From the NCBI GenBank assembly GCA_001821055.1, contig MHRT01000005.1, positions 43,533-107,532 on the forward strand: a DNA stretch of 64,000 nucleotides, read 5' to 3'. How positions within the stretch are numbered: the first letter of the stretch is position 1; every line of letters begins with the position of its first letter. A program made the position numbers and the translations under genes. Shown here in pieces: positions 1 to 8,528 of this stretch. This DNA is from Candidatus Taylorbacteria bacterium RIFCSPHIGHO2_12_FULL_45_16 (GTDB taxonomy: Bacteria > Patescibacteriota > Minisyncoccia > Phycocordibacterales > PALSA-1337). The notes beneath the pieces were generated by a model that ran no database searches, was not told the origin of the DNA, and saw only the letters and a list, made by a program, of their open reading frames with translations.

Positions 1-51
1 TGGTAGCTTCAGTTTATTACGAATCAGGAATTAATCAGTAATTTACTTCAT

Positions 52-954
52 ATGAAAAATCCTACGAATCTTATTTTGTCTGGTCTCATTGTCACGATGT
101 CCTTGTTTATAGCCATTCCAGTGCTTGCCCAAGTTTCCAATGGAGATGATGATACTGGATATGTAACCCCAGCTGATAGTTCAGCCATCTCCCCAATTTC
201 AGGTGGTGATATTTCCAATGGTAATGACGATGTATCATTTACTATGCCAGTTTCAAACAAACAGAATCCTGATTCTGGTCCGGGGACTATCATGAATGGT
301 GATGATGATGGGGTATTTACATCGCCAGTTACTCCACCCGTAACCCCCCCAGTCACTCCGGAAGGTGGCGGTGGATCACCAGGTAGCGGAGGCCCGTCAT
401 CTTCTAGCGGATCGTCTGGTTCAATCTCGCTTATTTCTGTTTCGCCTGTCGTAACTACCTTCTCGACAACAACCTGCCCACTGATTACGAGCTATCTCAA
501 ACTTGGCAATGTCAATGACGCGTTGGAAGTCGCCAAACTCCAGGCTTTCCTAAAAAATGTTGAGAAGCTTAATGTGGATGTGAGTGGTAATTTTGATCAG
601 AAGACCGAAGACGCAGTCAAAACTTTTCAGTTGAAATACCTCCCTTCAATCCTTGGGCCTTGGGATGCCACACGTGCCACTGGTTTCGTATATATTACGA
701 CTTTGAAAAAGCTCAACGAACTGGCTTGCGCTTCTCCGCTCACCTTGAATGCAAATGAACAAGCCATTATTGACGCCTATAAGGCGCGTGGTGATAACAC
801 GGAGCAATCAGTTGAGGCTGTCCAGAATGAAGAGGACACCATTGGTACGCTTGAAGTCGGTGCTATTGATGAAAATGCAGACAATGTTGCCGCAGTCGGT
901 CGGGCGTCAATCCTCTCTCGTTTTTGGACATTCATCAAGAATCTCTTCAGATAA
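52..954 (+). CDS. Secreted protein with N-terminal signal/TM segment, a proline-rich VTPP repeat linker, and a peptidoglycan-binding (PG_binding_1-like) domain
   Basis: Hydrophobic N-terminus. Repeat VTPPVTPPVTP followed by a Gly/Ser linker. Region LKLGNVNDALEVAKLQAFLKN...DAVKTFQ resembles a peptidoglycan-binding domain. Confidence 0.55.
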   Translation: MKNPTNLILSGLIVTMSLFIAIPVLAQVSNGDDDTGYVTPADSSAISPISGGDISNGNDDVSFTMPVSNKQNPDSGPGTIMNGDDDGVFTSPVTPPVTPPVTPEGGGGSPGSGGPSSSSGSSGSISLISVSPVVTTFSTTTCPLITSYLKLGNVNDALEVAKLQAFLKNVEKLNVDVSGNFDQKTEDAVKTFQLKYLPSILGPWDATRATGFVYITTLKKLNELACASPLTLNANEQAIIDAYKARGDNTEQSVEAVQNEEDTIGTLEVGAIDENADNVAAVGRASILSRFWTFIKNLFR

Positions 955-1021
955 TAGTTAATTTTCTCACAAAAAATCACACCAGATGGCGTGATTTTTT
1001 GTTTGGAGACGCCTTTTTTAT

Positions 1022-2179
1022 TCATCGATTATCCAGCCTTTTTGTCCCATGCGCCCGAATTGTTCTTGGTCTGGTTTGATAATGAAACGCGCCGACCAGA
1101 GCTATCATCAAGGCGTTGTCGCCCGAAATATGTTTAGACGGAAGATAAAGGGAAATACCGTATTCAGCGGCAGTCTTTTCAAATTGCGCACGAAGGTATG
1201 AATTGGCACTGACACCTCCGCCGACGATGACGGTCAGCGCGTTTGTTTCTTCTATGGCTTTACGGAGCTTGGTATCAAGTGTGTCCGTTACGGCATCTTC
1301 AAATTCACGGGCAAGCCCCAATTTAAAATCACCGCTTAATTTGCCGGCGTCTCTGATGGCATAAAGCACTGCTGTTTTCAATCCAGAAAAAGAGAAATCA
1401 AAGTTTTGGCTTGAAATCATCGGGCGTGGAAGTTTGACCGAAGATGAGATATTTTTTTTGCGCGCTTCGGTGGCGAGTCGGGAAATATGTGGGCCACCCG
1501 GATAAGGCAGATTGAGTAGACGCGCAACTTTATCAAAAGCTTCGCCGACGGCATCATCTTTGGTTTGACCGACGATGGTGTAGATAAATTGTGGCAGGGC
1601 AGTGACCAGTGAGTCTTGCCTGTCCTCAATCTTGACTAGTTCGGTATGTCCACCACTTATAAGTAAGGCCAAGGCAGGCATCTGTAGAGGTTTCAATCTT
1701 TGCCATTCGCCACCGCTTTTATCTGATCGTAATAGGGATCCCACGATGTGGCCTTCCATGTGATTTATGGGAATAATCGGTGCCTTCCATTTTTTTGAAA
1801 GCATTTCGGCAAAAACAATCCCCGTCCAAAGGGCTGGTTCAAGGCCCGGACCTTCGGTGACGGCTATGATATCTATGGGTATCTTATCGTTTTTGTTGTC
1901 CTCCTGAATCCCTGTTCGGAGCCAGGGACAAGTCTTGGATCCTGAATCTTGAGTCTCCATGCTTTCTTCCAACAATTTTTCCAATAACACTGGCAGATTC
2001 TTCTCGTGCTCGCGTTTTGCTAAAGTTGGAAATACGCCACCATAAGGGCTATGAAGTTCGGCTTGCGAATGGACCAATGATGAAAGAATCCGGCATTCAA
2101 ATACACCACCAACTTCCCGCGTCTCTATGAGCGCGAGTGCTGTATCGTCGCAAGATGTTTCGATGCCTAAAATTATCAT
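1022..2179 (-). CDS. tsaD: tRNA N6-adenosine threonylcarbamoyltransferase TsaD (Kae1/YgjD family), carrying an internal insertion of about 30 aa
   Basis: N-terminus MIILGIETSCDDTALALIE and the metal-binding HMEGH motif. C-terminal region is typical of the Kae1/TsaD family. Confidence 0.9.
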   Translation of the reverse strand: MIILGIETSCDDTALALIETREVGGVFECRILSSLVHSQAELHSPYGGVFPTLAKREHEKNLPVLLEKLLEESMETQDSGSKTCPWLRTGIQEDNKNDKIPIDIIAVTEGPGLEPALWTGIVFAEMLSKKWKAPIIPINHMEGHIVGSLLRSDKSGGEWQRLKPLQMPALALLISGGHTELVKIEDRQDSLVTALPQFIYTIVGQTKDDAVGEAFDKVARLLNLPYPGGPHISRLATEARKKNISSSVKLPRPMISSQNFDFSFSGLKTAVLYAIRDAGKLSGDFKLGLAREFEDAVTDTLDTKLRKAIEETNALTVIVGGGVSANSYLRAQFEKTAAEYGISLYLPSKHISGDNALMIALVGAFHYQTRPRTIRAHGTKRLDNR

Positions 2180-2314
2180 TGTTGTGTCATTTAGGGATTA
2201 TTTTCGTAAGGAGATGATAGTAATAAAGGATTTGATCCTTACAGGACCGGTATAGGCTTCTTGTCGTGCTCACTTCGTCCCGCGTGACATATTCAACCTT
2301 TTTTCAGATCGAGG

Positions 2315-2387
2315 TGCGCGATACAGGATTCGAACCTGTGACCCTCCCCACGTCAAGGGGATGCTCTACCAACTGAGCTAACCGCGC
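2315..2387 (-). tRNA. tRNA-Val (anticodon GAC). The 3' CCA is not encoded.
   Basis: Cloverleaf read from the reverse complement: acceptor GCGCGGT/ATCGCGC, anticodon stem TCCCC/GGGGA with loop TTGACGT, T-loop GGTTCGAATCC. Confidence 0.85.
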
Positions 2388-2480
2388 GAATAAAAGTAAA
2401 ATTCACGAATTACACGAATACTACGAATTCATGGAAACTATAGCAAAAATAGGAGAAAAGTACACTCTTTTGGACCCTAT

Positions 2481-3575
2481 TTACCAGATTACTTTTTCCT
2501 GTTCAAGCGAGACACCTTTTCCTTTGATCAAATGATTCTCGTGCAGACTCATCCTATCCAGATGAACTCCGGATCCATCCCTGGTGATGTGCAATTCGGC
2601 AATATTTCCGACCATGACATCTGGCGAGAAATACTGATCAAACAGAAGGTTGCCGAGTGAATAGAGTACCGGCACGTCTCCGATCCATTCCTGTTCCATG
2701 ATCACATGTGGGTGAGCGCCGATGACAGCGTCAGCCCCGGCGGAGATAAATGCTTGAGTTTGCGACTTCATTTTCGCCGATGGAATCGTGGTATATTCTT
2801 CGCCCCAATGCGGCATGACGATGGTGAAAACATTCGGTCCGGATACACGTTTGATTTCGGCAATCACACGATCTATGCCCAGTTGAAACGAGTGATATCC
2901 GACGAATGCCACTGTAACCCCATTTTTTTCTATTACGGTCGCGATGGGGGATTTGGTGGCGCTAGTTTTTTCTCTGCTCATCTTCGTGGAAGTGCTATTC
3001 CATGGGTTACCGAACCAGAGTATGCCGGCATCTTCCAGCCAGTCTTGGGTTTCCATAAATCCTAGAAAATTTAAATTGTCAACATGATTATTCGCCAAGT
3101 TAACTATAGTAATGCCGGCGTCTTTTAAGGTCAGGCGTGTTCTCGGCGAAAATGTAAAAGTAAGAACATCCGTGATTTTGTCATTCACCAGTGTTTTTGA
3201 TGGATATGAAGTGATTGGTCCCTCCAGATTGACTGCGACGATATTGGCTTTTTTGAATAGTGAGACAATCGATTCGTCGAATAATGAATCATAGCTGTTG
3301 CGTTCGCCAATGGCGCGAATTCCCCGATCAAACATCACATCACCGCCAACCATTATTGTTAGATTATCCGAGACGGAAGATGATTCGATCGTTATCTTTG
3401 CGGAGGGCATCTGCCCGGATGATTCCAACGTGGCAGCTGTTTGTGGGATTGTTTTAACAAGTATTGTTTCTTGGTCCATTATCTCAATGCCTTTTGTAAT
3501 CAAATACATTGATCCCCAACCAAAGGCGACCACTAGGAATGTGGTTAGAATAGTGCTTAAGGGGTTCGATTTCAT
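2481..3575 (-). CDS. CapA/PgsA-family metallophosphoesterase (poly-gamma-glutamate/capsule biosynthesis-like) with an N-terminal TM anchor
   Basis: Motifs GGDVMFDRG, NLEGPIT, NLANNHVDNL, AHPHVIMEQEW and LGNLLFDQ match the CapA metallophosphatase family. Hydrophobic N-terminus. Confidence 0.8.
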   Translation of the reverse strand: MKSNPLSTILTTFLVVAFGWGSMYLITKGIEIMDQETILVKTIPQTAATLESSGQMPSAKITIESSSVSDNLTIMVGGDVMFDRGIRAIGERNSYDSLFDESIVSLFKKANIVAVNLEGPITSYPSKTLVNDKITDVLTFTFSPRTRLTLKDAGITIVNLANNHVDNLNFLGFMETQDWLEDAGILWFGNPWNSTSTKMSREKTSATKSPIATVIEKNGVTVAFVGYHSFQLGIDRVIAEIKRVSGPNVFTIVMPHWGEEYTTIPSAKMKSQTQAFISAGADAVIGAHPHVIMEQEWIGDVPVLYSLGNLLFDQYFSPDVMVGNIAELHITRDGSGVHLDRMSLHENHLIKGKGVSLEQEKVIW

Positions 3576-3683
3576 AGGACCTCAATAAGGAGACAACGAT
3601 GTCTGAGTTTGGTGAGAATCATGGAGTAAGTATAGCACCATATTTTTGGTTCTAGAATCCGATTCGCAGTTTTTTACGAAATT

Positions 3684-3730
3684 GCTGGGAGCTTGGGATG
3701 ATATCCGAATAGCTTTAAGTTTAGCATAAC
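3684..3730. repeat. Copy 1 of a conserved element of about 45 nt (GCKGGGAGYKTGGGAYGATATCCGAATAGCKTTAAG..GCATAAC) in the 3' UTR of a minus-strand gene
   Basis: Near-identical to the copy at 4439-4480. Both lie just downstream of minus-strand stop codons. Confidence 0.6.
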
Positions 3731-3896
3731 TTCAATACATCTCCATAACCGTGACATAGCTTTTCATTACTATTTTCACGGTTATGTTGGCAAAATCGAG
3801 AATAGCTATAATGCTAATCTATATGATGTACTTGTCGCAAAAAGTAGTTAAAAAGTTTATATGTTGAAATTTTGTCTATTATTTTTTTCCATATTA

Positions 3897-4271
3897 TTAT
3901 ATTTGGTTATTTCTTAATCTCTTTTTTTGCCAGCCAATAGCAAGGGGCAAGATAAAAGTCAAAGCGTAATATAAATACACATCCAGTTTATAATATCCGT
4001 CCGCCGGGTTGAACATTTTTACGAGAAAGAAATAATCAAAAACAGCGGCGATCAAAACCCAGACAACGGCCATTTGCACATAATACTTGAAAGAATCAGC
4101 TTGAACTTTTTTAAATAATACCCAGAGCGCCATAACTATTCCGATTGGCATGATAACCCAGCCGAGCAAGTTTTGTGGCACCGCCTTGAAAAGCAGGATG
4201 CCAAGCGCGTAGCCGATAAGCCAGAGCATAAAACCCCAACCCAAGGCATCTCTGTAAAATTGTTTTGTCAT
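3897..4271 (-). CDS. Small integral membrane protein (about 4 TM), function unknown
   Basis: Four hydrophobic segments. No recognisable catalytic motif. Confidence 0.5.
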   Translation of the reverse strand: MTKQFYRDALGWGFMLWLIGYALGILLFKAVPQNLLGWVIMPIGIVMALWVLFKKVQADSFKYYVQMAVVWVLIAAVFDYFFLVKMFNPADGYYKLDVYLYYALTFILPLAIGWQKKRLRNNQI

Positions 4272-4394
4272 AAAATTATTCCTTAGATTTATTTTCTCGA
4301 CCTATTTTATTGTATCACTTTTGCTACCGAATTTCTTTCGAACGCTTCGGTCAAAAACAAAAGCGTGGCTCAATACCTATTCAAAAACCAATAT

Positions 4395-4414
4395 CAGGTG
4401 CTTGCTTTGGCACC
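4395..4414 (-). terminator. Candidate intrinsic terminator (AGGTGC-loop-GCACCT hairpin, T-rich on minus) downstream of the 4501..5013 gene
   Basis: 6 bp GC-rich stem. On the minus strand it is followed by GATATTGGTTTTTG. Confidence 0.35.
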
Positions 4415-4438
4415 TAAAAATCACGATTTAACACAGAT

Positions 4439-4480
4439 GCGGGGAGTGTGGGACGATATCCGAATAGCGTTAAGCATAAC
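4439..4480. repeat. Copy 2 of the conserved 3'-UTR element of about 45 nt
   Basis: GCGGGGAGTGTGGGACGATATCCGAATAGCGTTAAGCATAAC matches 3684-3730 at about 85% identity. Confidence 0.6.
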
Positions 4481-4500
4481 ATCTATTTGATAAATGCTTT

Positions 4501-5013
4501 CTATTTGGTCATTACTGACGTTGAGGAACTTAGAGCTGGCATAGCGGAGGTAAAACTAGATCTGAACTGATTATCGTCAATTTTGACCGTCTGTGTCATC
4601 AGTGAGGCCGTGACAATAGGAACTAGTGCCGAAACTATTATGGCAATTATTGATATCCAAATGGCTCGATTAGATAACGTCCTTGCTTCTCTAGCGTTTT
4701 CTCTTGCAAATTTCAGTTCCAAAAAATCTATAAAGGTAAATTCTGCATCAAAAGTTAGCATATACATATTATCTGGCGAATTTGCTTGGGAATGGTTACC
4801 GTGTATAAAAAGAAATATGGTTTCACCTTTCGTACTATCATTCCAATTGGAATGATCGCATGCATTTTTAAAGTGTCGCATCACAATACTCCTTTCCCAG
4901 TCTTCTAGATTGAGTTTATTGTTATCAAGTATATCTGCAGACTTAAAACCCTTAGGATATTTTAGGGCAAGTTCGATAACTCTAATATAAAGGCTTTTCT
5001 CCGGCTCTTTCAC
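4501..5013 (-). CDS. Hypothetical protein with a soluble N-terminal domain and a single C-terminal TM helix (tail-anchored)
   Basis: Long ORF. C-terminal segment AIWISIIAIIVSALVPIVTASLM. No recognised family. Confidence 0.45.
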   Translation of the reverse strand: MKEPEKSLYIRVIELALKYPKGFKSADILDNNKLNLEDWERSIVMRHFKNACDHSNWNDSTKGETIFLFIHGNHSQANSPDNMYMLTFDAEFTFIDFLELKFARENAREARTLSNRAIWISIIAIIVSALVPIVTASLMTQTVKIDDNQFRSSFTSAMPALSSSTSVMTK

Positions 5014-5133
5014 ATTATTAAGTCTAGCATATGTATAAACAGAAACCCGCGATCATTGCTGACCGCGGGGGAAATCCGTGAGGACATTAAGAGCTTTCGC
5101 TCCGGTCTCTCTGACCGAGTGGATTAACCACCA

Positions 5134-5811
5134 TTACCAAGGATTGGTGTAAGTGAACAGGACGCCGATCTTCCTCCTGTCTCTGTAATCGCTGGACTCA
5201 TAGACCGAGCGCAGGTGCATCTCGAAGTGCGGATTCAACATCCGGAACTTCATCTTCAGCGAGCGACCATTCTTGGTACTCCACGGGGAGCCATAGAAGC
5301 CGCCGAGAACCCTGCTGTCCGGGAGGACAAGATCTGGGAAGAGAATCAGTGCGGTAGGAGTTTTCTGAAACTCCTCAATTGCGGCGCACCCAACCTCGAA
5401 TAGCGCCTCCGCCTGCTTCGATCGGCACTCATCCTCGTTAGGGAAGCGTTTGTGCCAGTCGAGGTTAGCAACCGCTCTCACGAGAAGTCGCTTTTCCGCT
5501 TCCATGACCACGGCGATTTTGTCTTTCGCCGGTTGTTCGTCTTCGCCGAGTAGGAGTTGAGCGTTGGTGCAGATGCAGGTATCCTCCCTGTACATCATTG
5601 CCTTCACAAAATTATCCACTGCGGCGACCGATTGCTCCGCGTTCTGCGTCTCAAAATCTTGTTTCTCCGGACTGAGTCCGCAGATGCAGTTTTTGGGATA
5701 GTACTTCTCGATGAGGCGGAAGCCGCCATCATAGTTGTACTGGAATGTGCCACGAGAATTGAGGCACTTTTTGAGGGCTGTTCCGAGCTCTTGCCATTGT
5801 TCTTTTTTCAT
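5134..5811 (-). CDS. Hypothetical Cys-rich protein. GC appears elevated (not computed). No recognised family.
   Basis: 225 aa ORF with several Cys (CICG, CIC, C...C). GC appears higher than in neighbouring genes. A terminator-like hairpin (CCCGCGATCATTGCTGACCGCGGG, about 5048-5071) follows on the minus strand. Confidence 0.45.
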   Translation of the reverse strand: MKKEQWQELGTALKKCLNSRGTFQYNYDGGFRLIEKYYPKNCICGLSPEKQDFETQNAEQSVAAVDNFVKAMMYREDTCICTNAQLLLGEDEQPAKDKIAVVMEAEKRLLVRAVANLDWHKRFPNEDECRSKQAEALFEVGCAAIEEFQKTPTALILFPDLVLPDSRVLGGFYGSPWSTKNGRSLKMKFRMLNPHFEMHLRSVYESSDYRDRRKIGVLFTYTNPW

Positions 5812-6063
5812 AATCTATCGTTTCTGTGTTTATTGTTTGTTTGGTTAAATCTAGCTCTCAAAAGGCAAAATTCTACCTTTTCGGAGCTAGACTTAGCTGT
5901 TTCAATGACCTTGACCTTCTGGTACAAGTATAGCATAGTTGAGTATATATGTCAATACTTTGGCGATTTCGTCAAATATGTGCTGTGGCATGGCTCTGTT
6001 AAGCCACCTTGTAAACCACGGTCGGTATTCGCCCCCGCGCCTACAGCACTTTCGGAAAGTGAG

Positions 6064-6087
6064 TCGCCTTCGCTACGCTACGGCGTA
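6064..6087 (+). repeat. 24 nt motif TCGCCTTCGCTACGCTACGGCGTA. Direct-repeat copy A, downstream of the GIY-YIG stop.
   Basis: Matches 6379-6403 with one indel and one mismatch. An inverted partial copy abuts the tRNA-Ser 3' end at 6470-6488. Confidence 0.6.
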
Positions 6088-6136
6088 CCGAGGTGCACAG
6101 AATACTTATAGATAAGGGTATGATTAGATCAATCAG

Positions 6137-6370
6137 CTACATCAAGTGTTTCTTGATAAAAGATCTGCCAGAACCAGATTTTAGGTATTTTTCTAATTCA
6201 AATGCTTTGCATTTGTCATTTATTGCAAGATAAAAATCTAGGCCAACCGGTAAACGATCAGCAGTTGCTGGTACATGTCCTTTCTGATGTCTAGAAATTC
6301 TTTCTCTCAGATCAGTAGTGCAACCAATATAATATCCATCTTTACACTTTAAACTATAAATATAATACAT
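6137..6370 (-). CDS. Free-standing GIY-YIG nuclease domain protein
   Basis: MYYIYSLKCKDGYYIGCTTDLRERISRHQKG is a canonical GIY-YIG motif (GIY...YIG, Arg, and E in RER). The start is placed at the internal Met just before the motif. The ORF track extends it to 6424. Confidence 0.7.
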   Translation of the reverse strand: MYYIYSLKCKDGYYIGCTTDLRERISRHQKGHVPATADRLPVGLDFYLAINDKCKAFELEKYLKSGSGRSFIKKHLM

Positions 6371-6378
6371 ATATTTGA

Positions 6379-6403
6379 ATCGCCTTCGCTTACGCTTCGG
6401 CGT
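6379..6403 (+). repeat. 25 nt motif TCGCCTTCGCTTACGCTTCGGCGTA. Direct-repeat copy B, immediately upstream of the GIY-YIG start.
   Basis: See copy A. Together the two copies bracket the GIY-YIG ORF. Confidence 0.6.
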
Positions 6404-6469
6404 ATTAATAGCGGATATTATCACGCCGTAGCTATGCCGTTGATATAATCTCGCCTACGCACTAATCGT

Positions 6470-6488
6470 GCTTCGGCGTAGCGAAGGC
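6470..6488 (-). repeat. Inverted partial copy (CGCCTTCGCTACGCCGAAG on the minus strand) of the same motif, abutting the tRNA-Ser 3' end
   Basis: The reverse complement of 6470-6488 equals the motif core. Confidence 0.55.
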
Positions 6489-6574
6489 GGAGAGGGGGAG
6501 ATTCGAACTCCCGAGGAGCTTGCGCCCCTGCCGCTTTTCGAAAGCGGTGCATTCGACCACTCTGCCACCTCTCC
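6488..6574 (-). tRNA. tRNA-Ser (anticodon CGA), type II with a long variable arm. CCA not encoded.
   Basis: Reverse complement: acceptor GGAGAGG/CCTCTCC, anticodon stem CCGCT/AGCGG with loop TTCGAAA, long variable arm, T-arm GGGAG/CTCCC with loop TTCGAAT. Confidence 0.85.
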
Positions 6575-6700
6575 TTTTAGTAATTAGTTGTTGGTTTTCT
6601 ATTTATCAGTTACCAGTATACTAGTTCACCGGCAACCAGCAACACCTTAGCATTTTTTGCCATTTTTTCAAAAGATGATAGGATACAGAACACGCATCAA

Positions 6701-6772
6701 GGCCCTATCGTCTAACGGCTAGGACAACGGGTTTTCAATCCGTTAATCGGGGTTCGATTCCCCGTAGGGCTA
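6701..6772 (+). tRNA. tRNA-Glu (anticodon TTC)
   Basis: Acceptor GGCCCTA/TAGGGCT, anticodon stem ACGGG/TCCGT with loop TTTTCAA, T-arm GGGG/CCCC with loop TTCGATT. Confidence 0.8.
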
Positions 6773-6802
6773 CAAGGGAAGACCTGCAATCATCCTGTCA
6801 CT

Positions 6803-7360
6803 GTGGTTACAAAAATGAAATACAAGAAATTAATGGCGATTGGGTTTGTCGTATTTGTGTTGTTTGTATCTGGTTCTTACATCATTTATGCTGTGACTGT
6901 CATATCGATTGATGAAAATACTCCTTATCGGGTTGAACGCGTGCTGGATGGGGATACTTTCATGGTAAAAATTGGTTGGCACGATGTTACTATCCGGATG
7001 CTAGGCATTGATACGCCAGAGACTGTTGATCCAAGAAAGCTGGTACAGTGTTATGGAAAAGAGGCATCTGATGAGACCAAGAGTCTTTTGACTGGCCAAA
7101 AAGTCAGGTTGAAACTGAATCCAAACAGAGAAGAGAGGGATAGATACGGACGCTATTTGGCCTATGTGTATATGAATGGCGCAAACAATTTGTTTGTGAA
7201 TGAATTTCTGCTGGAAAATGGTTATGCGCATGAATATACCTATGGTAAGCCGTACATGTATCAGAAAGAGTTTAGGGAGATCGAAAAAACTGCTAAAGAG
7301 GCGGGGAAGGGTTTGTGGGGAGGGTGTGAGATTACAAGCTCTAAACCCGCAAAGCTATGA
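6803..7360 (+). CDS. Thermonuclease (staphylococcal nuclease/SNase homologue), membrane-anchored or secreted
   Basis: N-terminal TM segment. Motifs DGDTF, GIDTPE and RDRYGRYLAYV are typical of SNase. Confidence 0.8.
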   Translation: MVTKMKYKKLMAIGFVVFVLFVSGSYIIYAVTVISIDENTPYRVERVLDGDTFMVKIGWHDVTIRMLGIDTPETVDPRKLVQCYGKEASDETKSLLTGQKVRLKLNPNREERDRYGRYLAYVYMNGANNLFVNEFLLENGYAHEYTYGKPYMYQKEFREIEKTAKEAGKGLWGGCEITSSKPAKL

Positions 7361-7505
7361 TTATCAAAGATTTTGACAAGTGGAACGAACGAAAGAAGGA
7401 GATAGATTTATCAACAACATCTCGCAGGTATTATCACGAACGAGAAATATTGAAACATGTATATTTGTATACTTATGATAGCAAGATTTAGATTGTCGTC
7501 AATAA

Positions 7506-8423
7506 CTACTTCGCGTTGATGTACAAATAAATATCCTCAACCGCCTTCACGGCATCTCCGGCAGCGATATTGTTCTGATGATAAAGCCCGTCAGTGCAAT
7601 CACCGGCCGCCCAAATGCCATCCGAGGCGCGCTGATTTCTGGCGTCGACGATGATGTGATTGAATTTGTCCAGCCTAACTATGTCTTTGGCAAAATCAGT
7701 GTTCGGCATCGAACCGATTTCGGCGAATATTCCTGTAACAGAGATTTCTGTATCTTTGCCGGATTTGGTATCTGTGTAAATTAAAGAAGTTACGAATTGA
7801 CCGCCTTTGACTTCTTTAGGAACGGTGAATTCGAAGGCCTTCATCTTGGGATTGCTCAAAACTTTCTCGACGGTGCCGGGATCGGCCTTGAACTCGCTGC
7901 GGCTCAACAACGTGACGCTTTTGCAGTATGCCAATAGCTGTGCGGCGCTCTCGAAACCGGCATTGCCTCCGCCGACTACGGCGACATCTTGGCCGGAATA
8001 CATCGGGCCATCGCAGGAAGCGCAATAGGTCAGACCTTTGTGTTCGTATGTCTCCGCACCCGGAACAGTCAGCTTGCGCCGGCTGCTGCCGGAAACGATC
8101 AGAACGGTTTTTGCCTCATAGTTTTCTTTGGAGGTTGTGATGGTGAAATTGTCGCCAGTCTTTGTTATATTTGTCGCCAATTCTCCTTCTTTGAAATCAA
8201 TGACGCCTTCGGCATAAGCCTTGGCGTGCTTCTCAAGATTCATGGACAATTCAAGTCCGGAAATGGCGGTAGTGCCTATCCAGTTCTCGACTTTCTCCGA
8301 AACATTGCTCTGGCCGAGCCAATCCTTTGTGATAAAAACGCTTCGCAGGTGCTTCCTAGCGGCATAGACGGCCGCCGCCGCTCCGGCGGGTCCTCCACCG
8401 ATGATCGCGAGGTCGTAGGTCAT
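7506..8423 (-). CDS. trxB: Thioredoxin-disulfide reductase
   Basis: FAD site GGGPAGAAAA, redox CASC motif, NAD(P) site VVGGGNAGFE, C-terminal AAGDC. The promoter TTGAAC-17-TACAAT sits 11 nt upstream of the ATG. Confidence 0.9.
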   Translation of the reverse strand: MTYDLAIIGGGPAGAAAAVYAARKHLRSVFITKDWLGQSNVSEKVENWIGTTAISGLELSMNLEKHAKAYAEGVIDFKEGELATNITKTGDNFTITTSKENYEAKTVLIVSGSSRRKLTVPGAETYEHKGLTYCASCDGPMYSGQDVAVVGGGNAGFESAAQLLAYCKSVTLLSRSEFKADPGTVEKVLSNPKMKAFEFTVPKEVKGGQFVTSLIYTDTKSGKDTEISVTGIFAEIGSMPNTDFAKDIVRLDKFNHIIVDARNQRASDGIWAAGDCTDGLYHQNNIAAGDAVKAVEDIYLYINAK

Positions 8424-8528
8424 AGTGGGGGAATTGTATCATGTATGATTGACACGTTCAAATAAGTTGACTTTCTTTGAATTGCCTGTAATGTATTAGA
8501 TAAACAATGTTATTTTGAAAGGAAAATC

